From Bacteroidales bacterium (GTDB lineage Bacteria > Bacteroidota > Bacteroidia > Bacteroidales > UBA932), in NCBI GenBank assembly GCA_031550925.1, contig JAVBOE010000017.1:21384-85383 (forward strand): 64,000 nt of DNA, in the 5' to 3' direction. A program made the translations under genes and the position numbers. This document shows positions 26,262-34,142 of the stretch, one piece after another (the first letter of the stretch is position 1; each line of letters begins with the position of its first letter). Below the pieces are notes generated by a model. It searched no databases, was not told the DNA's origin, and saw only the letters and a list, made by a program, of their open reading frames with translations.

Positions 26262-26345
26262 GGGTTACCAAGCATGTTACCCTACATGTTACCTTGTATG
26301 TAACCATCTATGTTACCAAGTATGTTACCTAGAGTAACATACTTT
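26262..26345 (+). repeat. Six direct GTTACC(N6) repeats with exact 12-bp phasing plus one inverted copy
   Basis: GT(T/A)ACC begins at 26264, 26276, 26288, 26300, 26312 and 26324. An inverted copy gtaacat lies at 26334-26340. Confidence 0.85.
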
Positions 26346-26642
26346 GACTGTTAATCCGGCTTTTTAATATAATCGGTTACAAAAATCTACAGCTGTTAGC
26401 CTGATATTCGTGCGGATTATACAGCTATGCTCTCTTATTCAAATCGTTCGGCTACTTATACCTAATAGTACCGGTAGTATGTGTTGATTTGTTAGGCTTA
26501 CTCGCTTTAAAAAGAGCTGTTGTTTAGCCGGTTAGCAGCCTGATTTAGTAATCGTACATGCTAAGCAAATATAGGCTAAAAGAGAGGTTTAACCATGTAA
26601 ATAGAGCATAGGTTTTTGACATGGTTTTGACAGGAAGAAAAG

Positions 26643-26729
26643 ACAATATGTTAATGTGCTAATATGAAAATGTGAGAATGAAAAATCCAGTTCATGGGTT
26701 GATATTACTCCAAAAAGCCCAGCATGATG
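26643..26729 (+). repeat. Upstream flank module of family-A repeat (copy 2)
   Basis: Direct repeat of 22487-22577 (acaatAtgttaatgtgctaatatgaAaaTgtgagaatgaaaa...). Confidence 0.7.
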
Positions 26730-26799
26730 CCCCTAAATCCCCTAAAGGGGACTTTTTCCGGAGGTACTGGTTTAAAGTCCCCTTTAGGGGATTTAGGGG
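26730..26799. repeat. Family-A palindromic element, copy 2 (loop inverted relative to copy 1)
   Basis: Arms are identical to copy 1. The loop tttccggaggtactggttta is the reverse complement of the copy-1 loop apart from 2 substitutions and 2 extra T. Confidence 0.9.
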
Positions 26800-26954
26800 C
26801 AATTACAAAGTGCTAAATTCAACATCTTACATACATTCAGGAGATGTCTCACTACGTTCAACATGGCCTATGTTTTCGCTGTACACATATCGCAATACGC
26901 TGCGCCCCCTTTTTCGTGATACTTGATACTTGTGTTTTGATACTATTCAGCCTT

Positions 26955-27000
26955 GCTAAAAAGAAAAGAGAGCTGCAATCAACCATTGTAGCTCTCTTTT
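26955..27000 (-). terminator. Intrinsic terminator of trxA
   Basis: 16-bp stem aaaagagagctgcaat/attgtagctctctttt (one G-U pair), 5-nt loop. A T-run follows on the minus strand. Confidence 0.7.
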
Positions 27001-27019
27001 ATCCTAGGTAAGCAACGCT

Positions 27020-27337
27020 TTATAGAAGTGCTTTCAGCTTTTCAACATATACGCTTTTGGCAGCCGAGCCAACCTGTTTGTCAACAACCTTACCATCTTT
27101 AAAGAAAAGTACGGTGGGTATGTTACGGATACCAAACTTTACCGATATTTCGTTGTTAGAATCAACATCTACCTTGCCAATAACAGCTTGTCCTTCAAAT
27201 TCGGTTGCCATCTCATCAATAATAGGAGCAACCATACGGCATGGTCCGCACCATTCCGCCCAAAAATCAAGAACAACAGGCTTGCCGGCCTTTTCTACTA
27301 ATTCTGCAAAGTTTGCTGTAGTTATTTCTAATGCCAT
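27020..27337 (-). CDS. trxA: Thioredoxin
   Basis: 105 aa with the WCGPC active site (WAEWCGPCR). Confidence 0.95.
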   Translation of the reverse strand: MALEITTANFAELVEKAGKPVVLDFWAEWCGPCRMVAPIIDEMATEFEGQAVIGKVDVDSNNEISVKFGIRNIPTVLFFKDGKVVDKQVGSAAKSVYVEKLKALL

Positions 27338-27381
27338 AGTTAAAATTTTATCTGGTTATTATGTGATCATTATATTGATAA

Positions 27382-27389
27382 CAAAAGTA
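27382..27389 (-). promoter_or_regulatory. -7 box TACTTTTG upstream of trxA
   Basis: Perfect TAnnTTTG on the minus strand, 45 nt upstream of the ATG at 27337. Confidence 0.45.
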
Positions 27390-27532
27390 CATATTTTTTG
27401 TTTATGGATTTCTGTTAAAATCTGGCATTAATATACCGAAATGGTATAATAAAATCATAAAATGCAATAGGTCTGTTAATTCCGGGTATATACGAAGTCG
27501 GCGGCATATTTGCGATTTTGCCTAGAATAGTG

Positions 27533-27540
27533 TAGGTTTG
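27533..27540 (+). promoter_or_regulatory. -7 box TAGGTTTG upstream of S41 peptidase gene
   Basis: Perfect TAnnTTTG, 26 nt upstream of the ATG at 27566. Confidence 0.45.
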
Positions 27541-27565
27541 TACACTTGTAAACTTTTGAAAGTAA

Positions 27566-29236
27566 ATGATGAGCTCTTTTAGTAAAGCAAAGCATTTGGC
27601 CATTGGTATGGCTGTATTTTTCTGTGTAGGTATTGGTTCTTTGGCTGCAGCCCCTCCCGATGAGGATTTTAAGGTTGTAAAAAATCTGGATTTGTTCTTT
27701 TCGGTTTTTCGTGAGCTAAAGCTTTTCTATGTTGATGATATTAATTCTGACAAGATTATAACGGATGGTATAGAGGGAATGCTAAGCGAGCTGGATCCTT
27801 ATACTGAATATATGACCGAGGAGGAGGCTAAAGATTTTGATGTGGCAACAACCGGAGAGTATGGCGGTATAGGTTCGTTAATTCAGAAATCGGGAGACTA
27901 TACTAAAATATCGGAAGTATATAAGGGTTTTCCTGCCGATAAGGCTGGATTGATAGCGGGTGATTTGATGCTGGAAATTGATGGGGTATCGCTGAAAGGT
28001 AAATCGACAGAAGAGGTTAGCAGTATGCTTAAGGGGCAGAAAGGTACCAGCTTTAAGATGAAGGTTGCTAAAGTAAAAACAAAAGATACTGTAAGCATAA
28101 AGCTTACAAGAGAAAGAATCCATATTTCAGGAATTACATACCACAACGTTTTTCCTAATGGTGTAGGTTACATACGCCTTTCTTCCTTTACGCAGGGGTG
28201 TAGCAAAGATTTTCGCAATGCTTTTCTCGACCTCAAAAATACAGGAAAGATGAGCTCTCTTGTTATCGACCTGAGAGGAAACGGTGGAGGTGCATTGGAC
28301 GAAGCCGTAAAGATTGTTAACCTGTTCGTTCCTAAAGGAACAGAGGTTGTACGCTCTAAAGGACGTATCACAGAGTTTGACAATGTATATAAAGCCGAAG
28401 AAGAACCTATAGACACTGCCGTTCCTATTGCCGTCTTGGTTAATAGCGGAACGGCATCATCATCAGAGATTGTTGCGGGCGCAATACAAGATTTAGACAG
28501 GGGGATTGTTGTTGGTACTAGAACGTTCGGAAAGGGTTTGATACAGGCTGTAAGACCGCTTAGCTACAACGCCAAGGTAAAAATTACTACAGCTAAATAC
28601 TATACGCCGAGCGGAAGGTGTGTGCAGGCGCATAACTTCTCTAAGCGTAATACCGATGGTAGCGTTTCATTCATTCCCGATTCGCTGAAAACAATGTACC
28701 ATACTAAAGCCGGACGGGTTGTATATGACGGCGGCGGTATTCTTCCCGATGTGCAAGACTCTATCGAAACATATAGCAATATTTCTGTCAGCTTGTTATT
28801 GAGAGGGTTGATATCCGATTATTCGGTAAAATATTACTGCGAGCATGCAAGCGTTGCTGCACCTGAAACGTTTACGCTAAGCGATGCCGATTATGCCGAT
28901 TTTGTGAGCTTTTTAGAGGGTAAAGAGTACGACTATCAAACTCGCTCGGAGTCTTTGCTAAAACAGCTTAAAACCGCAGTAGAAAAAGAAAAGTATGATG
29001 ATGTGGTAGAAAAAGAAATAGCTGTATTGGAAGAAAAATTGGCTCACGATAAGAAGAAAGATTTGGAAGTATTTAAGCCCGAAATAAAGCAGCTGATAGA
29101 AGAAGAAATAGCTGTTTGCTACTACTACCAGGAGGGTAGGGTTAGGGCGTTACTTAAAGATGATAGCCAGCTTAAAAAGGCGGAAGAATATTTGCTTGCT
29201 CCCGCTAAGTATAGCGAAATACTTTCGGCTAAATAG
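27566..29236 (+). CDS. S41 family C-terminal processing (tail-specific) peptidase with PDZ domain
   Basis: Signal peptide, PDZ-like segment (GFPADKAGLIAGDLMLEIDG), and S41 blocks DLRGNGGG, SASSSEI, GTRTFGKG. Confidence 0.85.
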   Translation: MMSSFSKAKHLAIGMAVFFCVGIGSLAAAPPDEDFKVVKNLDLFFSVFRELKLFYVDDINSDKIITDGIEGMLSELDPYTEYMTEEEAKDFDVATTGEYGGIGSLIQKSGDYTKISEVYKGFPADKAGLIAGDLMLEIDGVSLKGKSTEEVSSMLKGQKGTSFKMKVAKVKTKDTVSIKLTRERIHISGITYHNVFPNGVGYIRLSSFTQGCSKDFRNAFLDLKNTGKMSSLVIDLRGNGGGALDEAVKIVNLFVPKGTEVVRSKGRITEFDNVYKAEEEPIDTAVPIAVLVNSGTASSSEIVAGAIQDLDRGIVVGTRTFGKGLIQAVRPLSYNAKVKITTAKYYTPSGRCVQAHNFSKRNTDGSVSFIPDSLKTMYHTKAGRVVYDGGGILPDVQDSIETYSNISVSLLLRGLISDYSVKYYCEHASVAAPETFTLSDADYADFVSFLEGKEYDYQTRSESLLKQLKTAVEKEKYDDVVEKEIAVLEEKLAHDKKKDLEVFKPEIKQLIEEEIAVCYYYQEGRVRALLKDDSQLKKAEEYLLAPAKYSEILSAK

Positions 29237-29348
29237 AAGATAGAGCAATGAACACAGACAAAGGACAAGGGGCAAAAAGAGTTGAAATAAATAGGTAGTA
29301 TAGAGAAGTCTTTGCTCTTTCATCCTTGTTCTATAATCTTTTAAATTA

Positions 29349-29356
29349 TATATTTG
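29349..29356 (+). promoter_or_regulatory. -7 box TATATTTG upstream of bactofilin gene
   Basis: Perfect TAnnTTTG, 24 nt upstream of the ATG at 29380. It lies inside the TTG-initiated track ORF, which argues for the shorter CDS. Confidence 0.5.
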
Positions 29357-29379
29357 TAAATACATTAATACCGACAGAT

Positions 29380-29745
29380 ATGGCAAAGGAAAATACTTAT
29401 ATAGAACCAACCAATCTGAATATTAACCGCATTTCTGAGGGGACTACGATTGTTGGCAGCGTTATCGCAAAGGGCGATCTACGTATAGATGGAAGAGTAG
29501 AGGGTACCATTAATACGACAGGAAAAGTAGTTGTTGGTAATACAGGGTACATCAAAGGAGATTTAACAGCTGGTACATTAGATATGATGGGCTATATAGA
29601 CGGCAATGTTGTTGTAACGGATGTTGTTATGATGAAGTCTTCTGCAGCTATTGATGGCAATGTATTTGCCGGTAAGCTGCTTGTTGAGTCAGGTGCTCGT
29701 ATTAACGGTCATTGCCTTATTGGTAAGAAAGAGAAGATAGACTAA
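29380..29745 (+). CDS. Bactofilin (polymer-forming cytoskeletal protein, DUF583)
   Basis: Repetitive beta-helix pattern (IVGSVIAKGDLRIDGRVEGTI, VVVGNTGYIKGDL, IDGNV). The start is moved from TTG 29326 to ATG 29380 (MAKENTY). Confidence 0.8.
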   Translation: MAKENTYIEPTNLNINRISEGTTIVGSVIAKGDLRIDGRVEGTINTTGKVVVGNTGYIKGDLTAGTLDMMGYIDGNVVVTDVVMMKSSAAIDGNVFAGKLLVESGARINGHCLIGKKEKID

Positions 29746-29837
29746 GAGACAAATGGACTTTAAGACTGGAAGACTAATAGACAAAAGAAGAGAGAGAAAA
29801 GAGTATAGAGCAAAAAGAAAAGGGAATAATAACATAT

Positions 29838-29883
29838 AAAGAACAAGGGCAGCATCTAATTTGGATGCTGCCCTTGTTCTTTT
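29838..29883. terminator. Bidirectional intrinsic terminator between convergent bactofilin and transglutaminase-like genes
   Basis: Perfect 19-bp stem aaagaacaagggcagcatc/gatgctgcccttgttcttt with a 7-nt loop. A/T runs on both sides. Confidence 0.8.
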
Positions 29884-29920
29884 AATCTTTAAGTCTTTTG
29901 CCTTAAAGCCTATAAGTCTC

Positions 29921-31366
29921 CTAGTCTAAGTATTCAACATCAAAATCCCAGCTCCATTGGTTAAAGTAGATGTTTCCGCCACGCCATTCCAGCTCTCCGC
30001 GTTGGAAGTCCACTGTCTCGCTGCGGGGATATATTTTAAGCGGGAATAATGGGCGAGAATAATCATCATTAACAATCCAGCGGTAGGCATCTATGCCGTT
30101 AGAGTAAATATACTTCTCATCATTGCCATCGAAGATATCTTTACGTCCGAATGACTGATCTACCGGAACCCAGCCTATACCTTCGTAGTAAACCTCTGCC
30201 CAATCGTGCATATTAAGGGCTTTAGGATGCATCATAAAGCCGCTCTGCCACTTAGCCGGAATACCATTATAGCGCGCAAGGGTTATAAATAGTAAGCTTA
30301 CCTGACCACAATCTCCGTGGTTGTTGGCTATAACATATTCGGGTATGTTAGTCAATGTAGAGTATTCTCTAGCTCCTGCCCATGGGTAGCTGTCGTTTAT
30401 CCAGTCAAATATTTTCTTTGTAACCAAGTATGGGTTAGTTTCGTCTCCAACAATTTGCTTAGAGAGTTCTTTTATCTTATCGGTAAATATAACGTGCGAT
30501 TCGCGTTCGGCTGTGTATGTTTTGTACAGCTCGCTATTTTTGTCGTAAGGCTTAAGCTGCTTACCTTCTAGGTTAAACCACTCGGCAGCCGATGAGTAGG
30601 TAAACTCCATAGAGAATTCTAGGGGTTTATCTTTTTCAGCAGTCTTTTCCATATACAATGTACGGTGAGGGTATGCAGCTAATGACGGGGTAATAATATA
30701 GCTCTCGCTATTTACAGCTAGCAGCTTAACGTTGGTTTGCCTGCGGTTATCTTCGCGCGGATAGGGTAGCCAGCAGCGAACAACCTCGCCGGCGGGAACA
30801 GCGTTTTCTTTGAGAACAACTTTGTAGCTAACCTTCATTTTTACAGGTTTTGCCTGTGTTTTGCCGCTTTTCTTAAGTTCGGTAATTACTTGGGGGATAT
30901 GGGTTTTAAGCGATGCGTCAGTTCCTTCGGGGGCAGGACCGTCAGCCTCTTCTTTTTTTGCTATAGCCTCTTTATTAATTAAGAAAAAGTTGCGAGCTCC
31001 TCTACCAAAATATTTCTTCTGTCCATCGATTATCATTGACTCTAGCGATTTATCTTCTTCCCACTTAGCCAGCATTTCGTCGTTTACATCAGGGTAGTAT
31101 TTCTTGATGTATTCTACAACGTAATCTTTGTCGCGACTGAAGTCGATAGCAATTCTACTCATTACATCTTTACGGAAGTTAAGATCGTAAATTTCTTCAG
31201 CACTCAAATCGTTTTGCGCAATGTATAAATCAATTGATTTTTTTGCCTTAGCAAAATCTCCGGCAGCCTCCTCTGCATTAATCTGCTCCATTGTTACAGC
31301 CTTTTGCTGATTAGAGGAGCATGCAATAGTAAACAGCAGAGATAGGATGATTATTAGGTGTTTCAT
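29921..31366 (-). CDS. Transglutaminase-like cysteine peptidase domain lipoprotein
   Basis: Lipobox FTIAC. Transglutaminase core HGDCGQVSLLF ... MHDWAEVY ... VPVD (Cys-His-Asp). Confidence 0.8.
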   Translation of the reverse strand: MKHLIIILSLLFTIACSSNQQKAVTMEQINAEEAAGDFAKAKKSIDLYIAQNDLSAEEIYDLNFRKDVMSRIAIDFSRDKDYVVEYIKKYYPDVNDEMLAKWEEDKSLESMIIDGQKKYFGRGARNFFLINKEAIAKKEEADGPAPEGTDASLKTHIPQVITELKKSGKTQAKPVKMKVSYKVVLKENAVPAGEVVRCWLPYPREDNRRQTNVKLLAVNSESYIITPSLAAYPHRTLYMEKTAEKDKPLEFSMEFTYSSAAEWFNLEGKQLKPYDKNSELYKTYTAERESHVIFTDKIKELSKQIVGDETNPYLVTKKIFDWINDSYPWAGAREYSTLTNIPEYVIANNHGDCGQVSLLFITLARYNGIPAKWQSGFMMHPKALNMHDWAEVYYEGIGWVPVDQSFGRKDIFDGNDEKYIYSNGIDAYRWIVNDDYSRPLFPLKIYPRSETVDFQRGELEWRGGNIYFNQWSWDFDVEYLD

Positions 31367-31397
31367 AATGTAGGTTTATTAGGTTATGTATTTGTTA

Positions 31398-31518
31398 TTT
31401 TGAGCAAAGCGAGAAATATCCTTAATAGAAGCACGATACAAGTATCATGAAAAAACGTTAGACTATACTTAATTCAACGTACTACTACTATTGAGGATAT
31501 TTCTCGCTTCGCTCGAAA
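31398..31518. mobile_element. MITE-like 121-bp element with about 24-bp terminal inverted repeats (family B ends, family C core)
   Basis: The left end tttgagcaaagcgagaaatatcct matches the reverse complement of the right end, tttcgagcgaagcgagaaatatcct (2 differences). The interior has gcacgatacaagtatcatg, which is the reverse complement of 37311-37329. Confidence 0.6.
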
Positions 31519-31534
31519 TAACGATAAATGTGTT

Positions 31535-32680
31535 TTACTTTATCTTTTCAACACCAAGACCCGGCTTGTCGGGAATAACAATCACTCCTTTATTGTACTC
31601 AATTCCTTTAAAAGGATCGTTAGACGAAAGAAGAGGACCGTCAAGGTCGGCAAAATCTACCATAGGCGAGAAATGGGCAGCAGCTGTAACAGCACAACCC
31701 GATTCTACCATACAACCTATCATCACGTTCATGTTTAAGGTGCGTGCCACATCAAGAATCTTATGAGCTTCGCGCATACCTGTACATTTCTGCAGCTTAA
31801 TGTTTACGCCGGAGAATACACCCTTAAACCTAGACACATCGCTTAAACGTTGGAAAGCCTCGTCGGCGTATATAGGTAGCGGACTACGTTCTGTAAGCCA
31901 AGCCGAATTTTCAATATCATTTTTAGTAAAAGGTTGCTCAATCATAACAATACCGCGCTCTTTAAGCCAGTAAGCCATCTCAAGAGCTTGATGTTTATCT
32001 TTCCATCCTTGGTTAGCATCTGCCAATATAGGCGTATTTGTTACCTGGCGGATAGTTTCGATCATTTCTTTGTCGTTATTACGTCCCAGCTTTACCTTTA
32101 AAATGTTGAACTGACCGGCTACTTCTTCGGTTTTCTTTCTTACAACATCAGCAGTATCAATACCAATGGTGTACGTTGTAGAAATGGCCTTAGCCGGATC
32201 GTATCCCCAAATCTTATACCAAGGTTGCCCGATAAGCTTACCAACTAAGTCGTGCAGCGCGATATCAATAGAAGCTTTAGCGGCACTATTGTAGATTGTA
32301 ATACCGTCAACGTAAGTAAGAATATCATCCAATAAAAATGGGCTGGAGAACTGTTCAAGATTTACCCTTTTTAAGAAAGCCATTACAGACTCTTGTGTTT
32401 CGCCTAAGTATGGAGGCATAGAGGCTTCGCCGTATCCAACTACCCCATCATATTCAATTTCTACAAGAACAAGAGGAGTAAAGGTTCTGGAGTTTTGTGC
32501 AACGGTAAAAACATGCTTTAGCTGCAAGTCGTAAGGCTTGAAGGTAAGCTTCATCTTACCGCTACCCGGCGATGTTTTTTTATTTTGAGAGAAAAGTTTT
32601 ACAGGATTACTTACGGCTAAACCTGTACCAATAGCGGCCATTGTTGCCGTTTTTAAAAAGTTTCGTCTGCTTTGTGTCAT
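31535..32680 (-). CDS. Enolase-superfamily dipeptide epimerase (L-Ala-D/L-Glu epimerase-like) with twin-arginine signal
   Basis: The N-terminus MTQSRRNFLKTATMAAIGTG is a Tat motif. MLE-subgroup layout with LKVKLG, ADANQGW and IEQP blocks. Confidence 0.75.
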   Translation of the reverse strand: MTQSRRNFLKTATMAAIGTGLAVSNPVKLFSQNKKTSPGSGKMKLTFKPYDLQLKHVFTVAQNSRTFTPLVLVEIEYDGVVGYGEASMPPYLGETQESVMAFLKRVNLEQFSSPFLLDDILTYVDGITIYNSAAKASIDIALHDLVGKLIGQPWYKIWGYDPAKAISTTYTIGIDTADVVRKKTEEVAGQFNILKVKLGRNNDKEMIETIRQVTNTPILADANQGWKDKHQALEMAYWLKERGIVMIEQPFTKNDIENSAWLTERSPLPIYADEAFQRLSDVSRFKGVFSGVNIKLQKCTGMREAHKILDVARTLNMNVMIGCMVESGCAVTAAAHFSPMVDFADLDGPLLSSNDPFKGIEYNKGVIVIPDKPGLGVEKIK

Positions 32681-32721
32681 AGTAAAGCTATTTTAGGTTC
32701 ATTTTGAAAGTTGGCGAAAGT

Positions 32722-33930
32722 TTACTCTTGTACTTGGTACAATGGATTGTTCTTGATAGACCAAACACCTTCGGTATCAACGGCTCCAATAACGCGAGAG
32801 GCACGGATGAATCTCTTTGTGTTGTACTCGTCGTAGTTAGGAGCATTAGGATCAAGGCTGTTAACTTTTACACGTCCGGCTGCATGTATAAACACCTTGT
32901 TACCAACATAGAAACCTACGTGTCCGATACGCATTTTTTTATCACCTTCAGCTTCTTTTCCAAAGAACATTAAATCTCCGGGGCGAAGATTGTCATAACC
33001 TTGAGTAATATCAACAGGTGTACCGGTATGAACTTGCTGCGAAGCATCGCGTTTTAGTATGATACCGTGCATAAACATAGTTGTTTTGGTAAATCCGCTG
33101 CAGTCCATTCCTTTTACAGATGTTCCGGCCCATAGATAAGGAATACCCATCGACATGTACGCTTTTTCTATAATACTTTCTTCGGTCAGCTTAATAGATG
33201 AAAGCCATTGCTCAAAAGGCTGACTCTGGCTTTTAAGAACGTACCCTATACGACCGTCAGGGTATGCAACTTTATAGAAACGTCCGGCATCGCCTTCATA
33301 CTTTAGCATATTGCACATAACCAGGTCAGATACTCTTTGACTTTTTTCGTCTGTTTTTTCGTATGCAAAACCGTAGTAGTCGGTAAATACTATTTTTGGT
33401 GCAACAGTCCAAGCGTTAAACTCTTCTTTGGTCATTGGATGGAAAGAAGCGGAGCTTGTCCAGCTGTGATATCCTTCGGGACCCATAACCCTATACCAGC
33501 CGCCTTTTTCTAGTACCCGAATAGGAGTGCCAAGTAATAGCTGGGTTGCCATCTCGCTTGAATATGCAGGCGTCATTCTAATGTTTGCAACTGAGAGGTT
33601 GATAACACCGTATGTTTTTCCTTCCAAGCCTTGCTCATCAGGTAGCAGCTTAATGCTATCAGCCAGCTTAGCGTTTTGTTTAGTAGCAAGATCAATTAAC
33701 TCCTGTCGAGCTTCGGGCATATTTGTGCTACCCTTAATAACAGGTGTTCCGTTTACATCAATAATTTTAATATCAAAAACGTTATCTCTCCAATCGGGGA
33801 TATACTTTTCCTTAACATTATCAAGGATAGTCTGTAGTTCTGGGTATAGCTTATCTTCCTTGCTAGAGTTCGTTCCGCAAGAGTAAAATAAAACCACACA
33901 AAGGCTTAGTAGGATAAAAAGCTTTTTCAT
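32722..33930 (-). CDS. NlpC/P60 family gamma-D-glutamyl-L-diamino acid endopeptidase with SH3-like domains (YkfC-like)
   Basis: Lipobox LFYSC. NlpC/P60 core GMDCSGF ... GHVGFYVG. Adjacent to the dipeptide epimerase, as in the B. subtilis ykfABCD logic. Confidence 0.8.
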   Translation of the reverse strand: MKKLFILLSLCVVLFYSCGTNSSKEDKLYPELQTILDNVKEKYIPDWRDNVFDIKIIDVNGTPVIKGSTNMPEARQELIDLATKQNAKLADSIKLLPDEQGLEGKTYGVINLSVANIRMTPAYSSEMATQLLLGTPIRVLEKGGWYRVMGPEGYHSWTSSASFHPMTKEEFNAWTVAPKIVFTDYYGFAYEKTDEKSQRVSDLVMCNMLKYEGDAGRFYKVAYPDGRIGYVLKSQSQPFEQWLSSIKLTEESIIEKAYMSMGIPYLWAGTSVKGMDCSGFTKTTMFMHGIILKRDASQQVHTGTPVDITQGYDNLRPGDLMFFGKEAEGDKKMRIGHVGFYVGNKVFIHAAGRVKVNSLDPNAPNYDEYNTKRFIRASRVIGAVDTEGVWSIKNNPLYQVQE

Positions 33931-34142
33931 GAGAAAGGGGGATTAAATATTTGTAGTTAGGTTACATCTCTATAGGCAAATGTAGCGATAAATTATAATA
34001 CAACAATACAAGATTTGTATTGTATAGTATTCTTTTGCACTATTACTAGCCTGTTTTTAATCATATTTTATTGTCAAGATGGGTGCGGTTATTTTTTGGT
34101 TTTGAATTTTAGTGTGATATTTGCTTTCGAAAAATAATAAGA

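Noticed and set aside
26264-26332. 12-bp array as a coding tandem-repeat peptide (VTKH VTLH VTLY VTIY VTKY VT)
   Set aside because: That frame has a stop at 26246-26248 and no start codon before the repeats, and it ends at TAG 26330. The other frames give only tiny ORFs.
22578-26799. Possible CRISPR array, because of repeated palindromic units
   Set aside because: There are only three copies in 64 kb, separated by kilobases of ordinary genes. Spacing is not regular and no cas genes are present.
26672-26926. 84-aa ORF in the long spacer
   Set aside because: It reads straight through the family-A palindrome (KSPKGDFF...FKVPFRGFRG). Equivalent peptides would arise at every repeat copy, so this is a repeat-generated artefact.
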